A stretch of 64,000 bases of DNA, from the IMG/VR virus record IMGVR_UViG_3300022074_000023; one strand, written 5' to 3'. The DNA comes from an uncultured virus (IMG/VR IMGVR_UViG_3300022074_000023) (lineage: Duplodnaviria > Heunggongvirae > Uroviricota > Caudoviricetes). Both the position numbers and the translations under genes were made by a program. This document shows positions 47,625 through 56,207 of the stretch, piece by piece (position 1 is the first letter of the stretch; each line of letters starts with the position of its first letter). Below the pieces are notes generated by a model. The model ran no database searches and was not told where the DNA came from. It saw only the letters and a program-made list of their open reading frames with translations.

Positions 47625-48588
47625 TTCAAAGTTTATCGGAATTGTATCATCTCGATTAGAAAAATTTAAAAGAGTAAAGAATAACTTATTCAATTTTCGT
47701 TGCCCTATCTGTGGAGATTCGCAAAAGAATAAGAATAAGACAAGGGGATATCTTTACAATGTAAAGGCAAATACTAATTTTAAGTGCCATAATTGTGGTG
47801 CTTCGATGTCTTTTAGTAACTTCCTGAAGCATGTTGATACTAATCTCCATAAACAGTATTCTATGGAGAAGTTTAAAGAAGGTTATACTGGTAGAAGTTT
47901 TGTTGTAGATGAACCAAAGTTTCATTTTGAACCACCAAAATTCAAACAAAGTTTGAATTTGCCAAAAGCATCAGAAAATCCAGAATCCTGTGGATACCTA
48001 ACTGCTAGAAAGTTAGATCCTAATAAATTTTATTGGGCAAAAAATTTTAAACAATTTGTAAATTCAAAGAAACAGACTTTTGATTCTACAAAATATGATG
48101 AACCAAGAATTATTATTCCTCTTTATTACCAGAAGAATTTAATTGGTATCCAGGGAAGAAGTTTAAAATTTACAGATCCAAAGTCTGTTAAATATATTAC
48201 CGTGATGTTTGATGACAATGCGCCGAAAATCTATGGTCTCGATAAAGTACAAAAGGATCAAACTATCTACATTACCGAAGGCCCTTTTGACAGCACGTTC
48301 ATACGCAATGCGATTGCTATGTGCGGAGCTGATCTTGATGTCACTAATTGGGGGATTAGTGATTGTGTGTGGATTTATGATAACGAACCGCGTAACAGAG
48401 AAATTGTCAACAGAATCTCCAAAACAATTGATAGAGGAGAAAAAATAGTAATTTGGCCTTCTCATATTCAGGAGAAGGACATAAATGATATGGTAATGTG
48501 TGGACTGGATGTGCAGTCTGTGATAGAATCAAATACATACTCTGGTTTAGAAGCAAAACTTAAGTTTACTACTTGGAAAAAAATATGA
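47611..48588 (+). CDS. gp61: DNA primase
   Basis: CPICGDS...CHNC zinc ribbon; TOPRIM EGPFDS, YDNEPRN, KDIND. Confidence 0.95.
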   Translation: MDHIDSKFIGIVSSRLEKFKRVKNNLFNFRCPICGDSQKNKNKTRGYLYNVKANTNFKCHNCGASMSFSNFLKHVDTNLHKQYSMEKFKEGYTGRSFVVDEPKFHFEPPKFKQSLNLPKASENPESCGYLTARKLDPNKFYWAKNFKQFVNSKKQTFDSTKYDEPRIIIPLYYQKNLIGIQGRSLKFTDPKSVKYITVMFDDNAPKIYGLDKVQKDQTIYITEGPFDSTFIRNAIAMCGADLDVTNWGISDCVWIYDNEPRNREIVNRISKTIDRGEKIVIWPSHIQEKDINDMVMCGLDVQSVIESNTYSGLEAKLKFTTWKKI

Positions 48589-50882
48589 GCAACGGTACTA
48601 AAGTAAAGAAGCGTGATGGTCGAATTGAACCACTTGACCTAGACAAGATGCACTTGATGGTTGATGAAGCGTGTCAGGGTCTTGCAGGGGTCTCTGCGAG
48701 TCAAGTTGAGATGAAGTCTGGTATTCAGTTTTATGATGGGATTACCACTGAAGAAATTCAGGAAATCTTGATTCGTGCTGCGAGCGATTTAATTGATCTT
48801 GATCACCCGAACTATCAATTTGTTGCGGCAAGACTTCTTCTGTTTGCAGTTCGTAAACAGATTTATGGTAAGATGCGAGAATTGCCCAGTCTTGAACAAC
48901 ACATTTACAACTGTGTTAATCAAGAAGTATATGATCCTGAAATATTCACAAAGTATTCTAAAGAAGAAATTACGCGAGTAAATAACTTTATCGATCATGA
49001 ACGCGATTTCTTATTTACCTATGCTGGTCTTCGCCAAGTAGTGGATAAGTATTTGGTTCAAGATAGAAGCACTGGGGGTGTATATGAAACTCCACAGTTC
49101 ATGTATATTATGATTGCTTTGACCATTTTCCAAGAGTATCCAAAAGAAACCAGATTATCTTATGTCAAACGATACTACGACGCAATCAGCAAGCACAAAA
49201 TCAACATCCCCACCCCCATCATGGCAGGGGTGCGAACCCCACTTCGACAATTTGCTAGTTGCGTTCTTGTTGATGTTGATGACTCCCTCGATTCTATCTT
49301 TAGCAGCGATATGGCTATTGGTAGATATGTTGCACAAAGGGCGGGTATCGGCATCAACGCAGGCAGAATCCGTGGCATCAACGCTAAAATCAGAGGCGGA
49401 GAAGTTCAGCATACTGGCGTTGTTCCGTTTCTCAAAAAATTTGAATCGACTGTCAGATGCTGCACTCAAAATGGCATCAGAGGTGGATCAGCTACGGTCC
49501 ACTTTCCGATCTGGCACCAAGAAATAGAAGACATCATCGTCTTAAAGAATAATAAAGGAACGGAAGACAACAGGGTCCGCAAACTAGATTACTCAATTCA
49601 AATTAGCAAATTGTTCTATGAACGATTCATCCAAGATGGAGACATCACGTTATTCAGTCCTCACGATGTCCCAGGTCTTTACGATGCTTTTGGGACTGAT
49701 AGGTTTGATGATCTCTATACAGATTATGAATCTGATGGATCTATTCCAAAGAAAACTATTCGGGCGCAGGAATTAATTCTGAATATTTTGAAGGAGCGTG
49801 CTGAGACTGGTCGTCTTTATATTATGAATATTGATCACTGCAATTCACATTCATCCTTTAAGGACAAAGTTGAGATGTCCAATCTCTGTCAAGAGATTAC
49901 ACTTCCAACTTATCCCATTCAACATATCGATGATGAAAGTGGTGAGATTGCTTTGTGTATTCTTTCTGCAGTTAATGTTGGTAAGATTAAATCTGATGAA
50001 GAATTGGAAGAACTGTGTGATCTTTCTGTTCGTGGTTTGGATGAATTGATTGATTATCAGAAGTATCCTGTACTTGCTGCAGAACGCGCTACAAAGGCGC
50101 GTAGATCCCTTGGAATAGGATTTATTGGTCTTGCACATTATTTGGCAAAACTTGGATATAATTATGGTGAACAGGGTGCATGGGATTCTGTTCATGGACT
50201 CGCAGAATCTTTCCAGTTCTATCTTTTGAAATCATCAAATCAACTTGCTAAAGAAAAAGGATACTGTGAAAACTTTGGACGTACAAAGTATGCTGATGGA
50301 ATTCTTCCCATCGATACATACAAGAGGGATGTAGATGAAATCACTAGTATCAAATATGAGCATGATTGGGAAAGTCTTAGAGTATCTATCTCCAAACACG
50401 GACTTAGGCACTCAACATTGTCTGCTCAGATGCCATCAGAGAGCAGTTCCGTTGTGTCAAACGCAACAAATGGAATCGAACCACCTCGAGGGTATTTGTC
50501 CATTAAAAAATCAAAGAAAGGACCTCTTAAGCAAATTGTTCCGCAGTATTCGTCGTTGAAAAATAACTACACACTTTTATGGGAAATGCCTGACAATACA
50601 GGTTACATAAATGTGGTGTCTGTGATGCAAAAATTCTTTGATCAAGCTATATCTGGTAACTGGAGTTACAATCCAGAAAATTACACAGATAATGAAGTGC
50701 CAGTTTCCGTGATGGCAAATGATTTTTTAACTACATACAAATACGGGTGGAAAACTTCTTACTACCAAAATACTTACGACATCAAAACTGATGAGGTAGA
50801 AGAAGAAAAATCCGAACTACATACCATATTAGACCAGTTAGAACAAGCCGAGGAGGGAGAGTGTGAATCCTGTGCAGTTTAG
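48585..50882 (+). CDS. nrdA: Ribonucleotide reductase class Ia alpha subunit
   Basis: ATP cone KKRDG, QFASCVL, SNLCQEI, C-terminal CESC. Confidence 0.97.
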   Translation: MSNGTKVKKRDGRIEPLDLDKMHLMVDEACQGLAGVSASQVEMKSGIQFYDGITTEEIQEILIRAASDLIDLDHPNYQFVAARLLLFAVRKQIYGKMRELPSLEQHIYNCVNQEVYDPEIFTKYSKEEITRVNNFIDHERDFLFTYAGLRQVVDKYLVQDRSTGGVYETPQFMYIMIALTIFQEYPKETRLSYVKRYYDAISKHKINIPTPIMAGVRTPLRQFASCVLVDVDDSLDSIFSSDMAIGRYVAQRAGIGINAGRIRGINAKIRGGEVQHTGVVPFLKKFESTVRCCTQNGIRGGSATVHFPIWHQEIEDIIVLKNNKGTEDNRVRKLDYSIQISKLFYERFIQDGDITLFSPHDVPGLYDAFGTDRFDDLYTDYESDGSIPKKTIRAQELILNILKERAETGRLYIMNIDHCNSHSSFKDKVEMSNLCQEITLPTYPIQHIDDESGEIALCILSAVNVGKIKSDEELEELCDLSVRGLDELIDYQKYPVLAAERATKARRSLGIGFIGLAHYLAKLGYNYGEQGAWDSVHGLAESFQFYLLKSSNQLAKEKGYCENFGRTKYADGILPIDTYKRDVDEITSIKYEHDWESLRVSISKHGLRHSTLSAQMPSESSSVVSNATNGIEPPRGYLSIKKSKKGPLKQIVPQYSSLKNNYTLLWEMPDNTGYINVVSVMQKFFDQAISGNWSYNPENYTDNEVPVSVMANDFLTTYKYGWKTSYYQNTYDIKTDEVEEEKSELHTILDQLEQAEEGECESCAV

Positions 50883-52053
50883 AGTTTCTTCTTTAGATAG
50901 ACCTTCTATGAAAGTGGAGGGGATGACAGTTTTTAATACAGAACAAGTTAATACTAAAAAGCAACCAATGTTTTTTGGTAAACCACTTGGAATTCAAAGA
51001 TACGATTCATATAAGTATCCAGTTTTTGATAAACTTACTACACAACAATTAGGTTATTTTTGGAGACCTGAAGAGGTCTCCCTTCAAAAAGATCGCGGTG
51101 ATTACCAAACACTGCGCCCAGAACAAAAGCATATCTATACTTCTAATCTTAAGTATCAGATCATGCTTGATTCTATCCAGGGTCGTGGTCCTGGCATGGC
51201 ATTCATTCCATATTGCTCACTTCCAGAATTGGAAGCTTGTATGGAAGTCTGGGGATTTATGGAAATGATCCATAGTCGTTCCTATACGTATATCATTAAA
51301 AATGTCTATTCAGACCCATCTGAGGTCTTTGATAAGATTGTTAGCGATGAGCGTATTCTAGAACGTGCTAGCAGCGTTACAGAAGCATATGATGACTTTA
51401 TCCGAAGTGCCCATCAATGGGACACTGGAAAAATGTGGAGTGATGATTTTAGAGGTTCGCCTACAGCAGAATGGGAAATCAAAGATGTGAAGAGAAAGTT
51501 ATATAGAGCGATGGCAAATGTCAACATCCTGGAGGGTATTCGTTTCTATGTTAGTTTCGCTTGCAGCTTCGCATTTGGTGAACTTAAACTTATGGAAGGG
51601 TCCGCTAAGATTATCTCACTTATCGCCAGAGATGAGAACCAGCACCTTGCAATTACTCAAAACATCCTCAATAAGTGGAAGGCAGGTGATGATCCTGAAA
51701 TGAAGCAAATCATGAAGGAAGAAGAGGAGTGGACCTACAAGGCATTTGATCGTGCTGTAAACGAAGAGAAGCGTTGGGCAGACTATCTATTCAAGGATGG
51801 ATCTATGATCGGTCTTAATGACAAACTACTTCAACAGTATGTTGAGTGGGTTGCTAATCGTCGCTTGAAAGCAATTGGACTGAAACCACAGTATGATATT
51901 GCTGCAAAGAATAATCCACTTCCATGGACACAACATTGGATTTCTTCTAAGGGTCTTCAGGTTGCACCTCAAGAAACTGAAGTTGAATCTTATGTAGTCG
52001 GTGGTATTAAGCAAGATGTCAGCAAAAACACATTTAGTGGATTTAAACTCTGA
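50863..52053 (+). CDS. nrdB: Ribonucleotide reductase class Ia beta subunit
   Basis: FWRPEEVSL, EMIHSRSY, LEGIRFYVSF, RDENQH, VAPQETE. Confidence 0.97.
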   Translation: MNPVQFRVSSLDRPSMKVEGMTVFNTEQVNTKKQPMFFGKPLGIQRYDSYKYPVFDKLTTQQLGYFWRPEEVSLQKDRGDYQTLRPEQKHIYTSNLKYQIMLDSIQGRGPGMAFIPYCSLPELEACMEVWGFMEMIHSRSYTYIIKNVYSDPSEVFDKIVSDERILERASSVTEAYDDFIRSAHQWDTGKMWSDDFRGSPTAEWEIKDVKRKLYRAMANVNILEGIRFYVSFACSFAFGELKLMEGSAKIISLIARDENQHLAITQNILNKWKAGDDPEMKQIMKEEEEWTYKAFDRAVNEEKRWADYLFKDGSMIGLNDKLLQQYVEWVANRRLKAIGLKPQYDIAAKNNPLPWTQHWISSKGLQVAPQETEVESYVVGGIKQDVSKNTFSGFKL

Positions 52054-52092
52054 TTACTGCTATTAAATAGGGGGAGACATTATTCCCCCTAT

Positions 52093-52254
52093 ATGCCCAA
52101 GAATCAAATTGAAAAAGAAGAACTGAAGGTAAAGATACTTAAGTTAAAGCATACAGTAGACAATGAACCATCAACAGTATGGCAAGGAGAGAAAGATCTA
52201 GCACATAAATATCTGAACAAAGTGTTAGATATAATTAATGAGTACAGGTATTGA
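52093..52254 (+). CDS. Small hypothetical protein (53 aa)
   Basis: MPKNQIEKEELKVKILKLKH...AHKYLNKVLDIINEYRY. Confidence 0.55.
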   Translation: MPKNQIEKEELKVKILKLKHTVDNEPSTVWQGEKDLAHKYLNKVLDIINEYRY

Positions 52255-52678
52255 TTATGAAAACCCCTGGATTTTTGAAGGACAACCTTTTTTATCTGAG
52301 AGTATTGACGATAACTTCGGTTTTGTCTATCTCATTACAAATCTCCAAAACAATCGAAAGTACATCGGTAGAAAATACTTCTGGTCATTCAGAAAACCTC
52401 CTGGTAAGAAACGCAAAGTAAAGAAAGAATCTGATTGGAAAAAATATTATGGGTCTTGTCCAGAACTTAAAGAAGAAATTGAACGACTGGGGCGACAAAG
52501 TTTTAGTCGCACTATCTTGTCACTACATAAAACACCTGGCAAAACAAACTTCGAGGAAACAAAACAACTCTTCATCAACAACGTTCTCACAGAGTCCATT
52601 GACAAAGGAGTCCCCGCCTACTACAATAGCAACATCCTCAGCAGGTACTTCCGCAAAGACTACTATGAAGAAAGTTGA
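52238..52678 (+). CDS. GIY-YIG nuclease (endonuclease II-like)
   Basis: GFVYLITN...KYIGRK, YYGS, E, YYNSNI; position after nrdB as in T4 denA. Confidence 0.8.
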   Translation: MSTGIDYENPWIFEGQPFLSESIDDNFGFVYLITNLQNNRKYIGRKYFWSFRKPPGKKRKVKKESDWKKYYGSCPELKEEIERLGRQSFSRTILSLHKTPGKTNFEETKQLFINNVLTESIDKGVPAYYNSNILSRYFRKDYYEES

Positions 52679-52871
52679 AACTGAAGATATTGTTCAACAT
52701 ATTCGTGATTGGGCAATCGATATTATCGAAGAAAAGAAAGGAAATCCAGAAGATCAAGTAGCAATTATTGATGAATTTTATGAATGGATATCCCCAAAAG
52801 ATGAACTAGACATTATTTCGCTGGAAGATACAACTGGCGAAGAATATGAAGATTACATTGAACGGGGTTGA
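52665..52871 (+). CDS. Hypothetical acidic protein
   Basis: MKKVETEDIVQHIRDWAID...EFYEWI. Confidence 0.55.
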   Translation: MKKVETEDIVQHIRDWAIDIIEEKKGNPEDQVAIIDEFYEWISPKDELDIISLEDTTGEEYEDYIERG

Positions 52872-52880
52872 TCCCCTTTT

Positions 52881-52952
52881 GGGTCATTAGTTAAGTGGAT
52901 ATAACCTCCGCCTTCTAAGCGGATATCCCAGGTTCGAGTCCTGGATGACCTG
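52881..52952 (+). tRNA. tRNA-Arg(TCT)
   Basis: Acceptor GGGTCAT/ATGACCT; anticodon arm TCCGC-CTTCTAA-GCGGA. Confidence 0.92.
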
Positions 52953-52953
52953 C

Positions 52954-52982
52954 TTGACATTACTATTTTTTTATTATACAAT
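52954..52982 (+). promoter_or_regulatory. Sigma70 promoter TTGACA-N17-TACAAT
   Basis: 17-nt spacing. Confidence 0.75.
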
Positions 52983-52989
52983 TTAATAT

Positions 52990-53037
52990 TGGGCAGTAGG
53001 AAAGACCACCACCACCTCCTTTCCTATGTAAGACCCA
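52990..53037 (+). ncRNA. Structured tRNA-leader hairpin with ACCACCACCACCTC loop
   Basis: GTAGGAAAG/CTTTCCTAT stem; outer TGGG/CCCA. Confidence 0.4.
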
Positions 53038-53041
53038 TGCT

Positions 53042-53113
53042 GCGGGTGTAGTTCAGCGGTAGAACGTCAGCCTTCCAAGCTGAATGTCGTCGGTTCGATC
53101 CCGATTACCCGCT
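53042..53113 (+). tRNA. tRNA-Gly(TCC)
   Basis: Acceptor GCGGGTG/TACCCGC, discriminator T; anticodon arm TCAGC-CTTCCAA-GCTGA. Confidence 0.93.
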
Positions 53114-53141
53114 TTCTTCATACATAGTGTGGAGATTTTAA

Positions 53142-53495
53142 ATGAAGATGAAAGTTGAGAGACCTTGGGGTTGGTATGAAGTCATTGATGAAGGTGACAG
53201 ATACAAAACAAAAAACATAGTTGTTAATCCTGGTGCCAGATTATCCTTACAAATGCACTATCATCGGTCCGAGCATTGGATAGTTGTTGTAGGAACAGCA
53301 AAAGTTAAAGTAGGAGATGTAGAAAAACTTTTATTTCAAAATGAAAGTATCTATGTTCCTCCCACAGAAATTCATCATCTTTCTAATCCTGGAATAATAC
53401 CTCTGCGAATTGTAGAAGTACAATGTGGATCATATCTTGAAGAAGATGATATTGTAAGATATGAAGATGATTACGGGCGAATAGCTCAGCGGTAG
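53142..53495 (+). CDS. Mannose-6-phosphate isomerase type II cupin (ManC C-terminal-like)
   Basis: [42 protein letters not shown]. Confidence 0.88.
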   Translation: MKMKVERPWGWYEVIDEGDRYKTKNIVVNPGARLSLQMHYHRSEHWIVVVGTAKVKVGDVEKLLFQNESIYVPPTEIHHLSNPGIIPLRIVEVQCGSYLEEDDIVRYEDDYGRIAQR

Positions 53496-53546
53496 AGCGT
53501 CTCGTTTACACCGAGAATGTCGGGGGTTCGATCCCCTCTTCGCCCA
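53475..53546 (+). tRNA. tRNA-Val(TAC)
   Basis: Acceptor GGGCGAA/TTCGCCC; anticodon arm TCTCG-TTTACAC-CGAGA. Confidence 0.93.
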
Positions 53547-53569
53547 TTCCTAAAGAGGACCTATGACCA

Positions 53570-53818
53570 ATGATTATCGTAAGATGCAAAGATTGCAACA
53601 AGGAGTTGCGTAGTAATAATAAGACCCAAGTTTGTGGGTGTCCAAACATGATGTCAGTGACTGGTGATAAAGTATCAGCAGTAGATTTAAATAAAGTTGT
53701 GATGATAAATTCTTCAAAGAAAGAACAGAAATCAAATGTTCTCTCTAGTAATGACCTGGCATATCAAGAAGCAAGACGCCAAAGAAAAGTGCGTAAATTG
53801 GATTTTGAAATAAAGTGA
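53570..53818 (+). CDS. Small Cys-rich hypothetical protein
   Basis: CKDC...CGCPN...RKVRKLDFE. Confidence 0.65.
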   Translation: MIIVRCKDCNKELRSNNKTQVCGCPNMMSVTGDKVSAVDLNKVVMINSSKKEQKSNVLSSNDLAYQEARRQRKVRKLDFEIK

Positions 53819-54309
53819 CTTCTTTTGATGTTGGATATTTGGATAAGTTTGAAATAAGAACTTATTATAATATTTTACCTGAGGAAGAAAGACTTGTATT
53901 ACGTTATAAAGGTGGACTAAATTTAAAAAGAATATCAGGTGCCCCCGGATTACAAACTTACCCAAATCTTCATCTATTATCTGAAGAATCTGATTATCTT
54001 ATCAATAAGGTCAGAGAAAAAGTTGGGATAGAAAATCAAGTATTAACATCTTGGATTAATTATACTGATCATCGGTTTTCATATGAATTTTGGCATAATC
54101 ATAATCGACCACATTATCATGAATTTACTTGTGTCTATATGATAGAGAATCCTGAAAATGTTGGAACTTGGTTTAAGTATGGTGATAAAATATATAAAAG
54201 TAAATGTCCTACTAATTCAGCAATTACTTTTTCAAAACGTTTAGACCATACGGTCCCTCCAATTACAAAAAAATCAAGATATAGTTTGGCTATAGATTTT
54301 CATATGTAA
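53815..54309 (+). CDS. 2OG-Fe(II) oxygenase-like protein
   Basis: WHNH, TCVYMI, GTWF, LDHTV, RYSLAIDF. Confidence 0.65.
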   Translation: MTSFDVGYLDKFEIRTYYNILPEEERLVLRYKGGLNLKRISGAPGLQTYPNLHLLSEESDYLINKVREKVGIENQVLTSWINYTDHRFSYEFWHNHNRPHYHEFTCVYMIENPENVGTWFKYGDKIYKSKCPTNSAITFSKRLDHTVPPITKKSRYSLAIDFHM

Positions 54310-54400
54310 TTTTTGTGTATCAACACAATACAATATAAAGTGAATATGTAATGCATATATATCCTAAAGCATCTTATTTTCACCTAATCATAACAAAATG

Positions 54401-54429
54401 TTGCTATAGCTGCTTGCATGGGTTATGAT
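54401..54429 (+). promoter_or_regulatory. Sigma70-type promoter TTGCTA-N17-TATGAT
   Basis: 17-nt spacing; overlapped by TGCATGG/CCATGCA inverted repeat. Confidence 0.45.
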
Positions 54430-54472
54430 GCTACCATGCAGTTGACTACAAAAACTACAACGGAGTACCAAT

Positions 54473-54754
54473 ATGACCGAAGACAGGGAACTGTCCGACC
54501 TTAAATTAGAAAGGAAGGAATGTCCTAAGTGTCGTGCCATTTGGATAAATGGTGAACACTACTGGTCTGGGACTGGAAACAAAGGCAATGAATTAGATCT
54601 TGCTGGATTAGTGTGTAACAATTATGGGGATCATACTTGTATCAATCCATTAAAGGGATATGAAGGTGGTGATACTTGGGAAAAACGTCTTGAAACATTA
54701 AATGGATTGGATGACCTAAAGGAGGGGTATGAAGATGGTGACTGGTATGTTTAA
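54473..54754 (+). CDS. Conserved Cys-containing hypothetical protein
   Basis: CPKCRAIWINGEHYW...DLAGLVCNN...CINP; GGAG RBS. Confidence 0.7.
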   Translation: MTEDRELSDLKLERKECPKCRAIWINGEHYWSGTGNKGNELDLAGLVCNNYGDHTCINPLKGYEGGDTWEKRLETLNGLDDLKEGYEDGDWYV

Positions 54755-54965
54755 GGATTGGGGTAAGGGAAATGAACCTCCCGAATGGACAACTAAAGTT
54801 GAAGTGCAGGAGATGATAGATACTGCTATACGAAGACATAATCGTAATGCTGGTATCATCAGTATGTTCGTTGGGTTCTTTATTCTAGGACTTTTCTCTG
54901 AAGGTCTTCTTAGATTGATTGGAGCTATACCCCCACTATTCCCATGGATGGATATACATTTATAG
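54747..54965 (+). CDS. Small membrane protein
   Basis: QEMIDTAIRRHNRNAGIISMFVGFFILGLF. Confidence 0.65.
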   Translation: MFKDWGKGNEPPEWTTKVEVQEMIDTAIRRHNRNAGIISMFVGFFILGLFSEGLLRLIGAIPPLFPWMDIHL

Positions 54966-55147
54966 AATGGGTAGGAGTTGCTACTGCATTTTTGTTTGGA
55001 ATCACTATGATATGTCAAGGACATTTTATCTTTCATCAGAAACATGGCTACTCCAGAAAAGAAACAGAAGACCCAGAAGCAAGAGACCGAGTTAGACGCC
55101 AAGTCGAAGCGGCAATTAGAGATCGAAAAGATGATTCATCCTCATGA
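54944..55147 (+). CDS. Small membrane protein
   Basis: WVGVATAFLFGITMICQGHFIFH. Confidence 0.55.
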   Translation: MDGYTFIEWVGVATAFLFGITMICQGHFIFHQKHGYSRKETEDPEARDRVRRQVEAAIRDRKDDSSS

Positions 55148-55310
55148 TGATCCTCCTGATCCAACTGCAAACATGGGTAATTACAATTTCCCACAAATGT
55201 TATTTGCATTTTGCCTTGGGTTTGTAACTATGTTTGTTTTGGCAGTTGACGAAATTAATGATTTCAAAGGATGCCCACTACCAGAGTACTTCCAAGAAAA
55301 CGTTAAATGA
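55044..55310 (+). CDS. Small membrane protein
   Basis: MGNYNFPQMLFAFCLGFVTMFVL...GCPLPEYF; start uncertain. Confidence 0.55.
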   Translation: MATPEKKQKTQKQETELDAKSKRQLEIEKMIHPHDDPPDPTANMGNYNFPQMLFAFCLGFVTMFVLAVDEINDFKGCPLPEYFQENVK

Positions 55311-55465
55311 AACCAGACGAAAAGAGAGAGTTCTACAAAGGACTTCGAGAGCGTATCAAACAACTCAGAATGGAGCATTTGTTTGAAGAACCATGTTCTT
55401 TATATGAACCTGAGTGGAATGATGATGATGAGGAACCCGATCAATTCATAGGAGAAAACATATGA
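55307..55465 (+). CDS. Small hypothetical protein (52 aa)
   Basis: ATGA overlaps both ends; MKPDEKREFYKGLRERIKQLRMEHLFEEPC. Confidence 0.55.
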   Translation: MKPDEKREFYKGLRERIKQLRMEHLFEEPCSLYEPEWNDDDEEPDQFIGENI

Positions 55466-55668
55466 ATTTTACGCTATTGTTATGTCTGTCTCCACTAGTC
55501 ATTATCTACATAGTAATGAAATTTGCTGTGTGGTTATCTGCCGTAAACACCGAATCAAGTTATGTCAGAAAAGAACCTTCCAGAAAAAGAGGACCCTTCG
55601 TGGAGAATGCATATGCAGACGTTGATGAGGAGGAAGAGGAGTATGGAGATCGCACAGATTATCGATAA
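55462..55668 (+). CDS. Small membrane protein
   Basis: Hydrophobic N-terminus, acidic tail; GGAG RBS. Confidence 0.6.
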   Translation: MNFTLLLCLSPLVIIYIVMKFAVWLSAVNTESSYVRKEPSRKRGPFVENAYADVDEEEEEYGDRTDYR

Positions 55669-55777
55669 TGCAATTCAAGAATATTATGATGAGAAGGGTC
55701 AACCAGTTCCTCAATGGAAAATGAAACATGATCCTGATTGGTGGATAGAATATCTTCGTGAATTGGAGGAACAATGA
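55643..55777 (+). CDS. Small hypothetical protein (44 aa)
   Basis: GAGGAG RBS; MEIAQIIDNAIQEYY...PDWWIEYL. Confidence 0.55.
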   Translation: MEIAQIIDNAIQEYYDEKGQPVPQWKMKHDPDWWIEYLRELEEQ

Positions 55778-55857
55778 GTTTATTATTCATATTTGTTTTT
55801 ATGACATTATTGATGGCAGGAATGCAACTTACATGGCCAGGGAGGTATAGAGGATGA
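55774..55857 (+). CDS. 27-aa hydrophobic microprotein
   Basis: GGAGG RBS; ATGA overlaps both ends; MSLLFIFVFMTLLMAGMQLTWPGRYRG. Confidence 0.5.
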   Translation: MSLLFIFVFMTLLMAGMQLTWPGRYRG

Positions 55858-56015
55858 TTCATTCAGCAGCACACTTTTCTGCATGGGTATTGAACACCTG
55901 GTGGACAATGGCAATTATGGGATGGTCACTGGTATTTGTTCCAATTCTTGGAATGTGGGCAGTTCACAAATATGGATGGGAACATTGGGAACCATTTGCC
56001 AAACACCACAAATAG
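55854..56015 (+). CDS. Small Trp-rich membrane protein (53 aa)
   Basis: GGAGG RBS; LVFVPILGMWAVHKYGWEHWEPF. Confidence 0.6.
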   Translation: MIHSAAHFSAWVLNTWWTMAIMGWSLVFVPILGMWAVHKYGWEHWEPFAKHHK

Positions 56016-56024
56016 TGCTATACT
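55996..56024 (+). promoter_or_regulatory. Sigma70 promoter TTGCCA-N17-TATACT with extended -10 TG
   Basis: 17-nt spacing. Confidence 0.7.
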
Positions 56025-56030
56025 TTGAAA

Positions 56031-56110
56031 GTTGAGAAGAACACCACCCACCCTTCTCAACTGCGGTGACCCCCTTGGTAGTTCAGGGTTAGCGGCGATA
56101 GGAACTACCA
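56031..56110 (+). ncRNA. Structured RNA: CA-rich-loop hairpin plus predicted pseudoknot, leader of tRNA-Pro
   Basis: GTTGAGAAG/CTTCTCAAC; TGACCC/GGGTTA crossed by TGGTAGTTC/GAACTACCA. Confidence 0.5.
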
Positions 56111-56113
56111 CTT

Positions 56114-56187
56114 CGGGGTGTAGCGCAGTTTGGTAGCGCGGTGCTTTTGGGAAGCATAGGTCGCAGGTTCAAATCCTGTCTCCCCGA
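56114..56187 (+). tRNA. tRNA-Pro(TGG)
   Basis: Acceptor CGGGGTG/CTCCCCG (one mismatch); anticodon arm GTGCT-TTTGGGA-AGCAT. Confidence 0.9.
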
Positions 56188-56207
56188 TTCAATTTAATTT
56201 AATTGAT

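Noticed and set aside
33240..52053. Introns or inteins in gp43, gp41, nrdA, nrdB
   Set aside because: All are continuous ORFs of normal length with no insertions seen
54317..54331. Possible NtcA box GTA...TAC
   Set aside because: Spacer is 9 nt, not the canonical 8
55926..56111. Minus-strand 61-aa ORF over the structured RNA
   Set aside because: Opposite to all local transcription; better explained by the GC-rich RNA element
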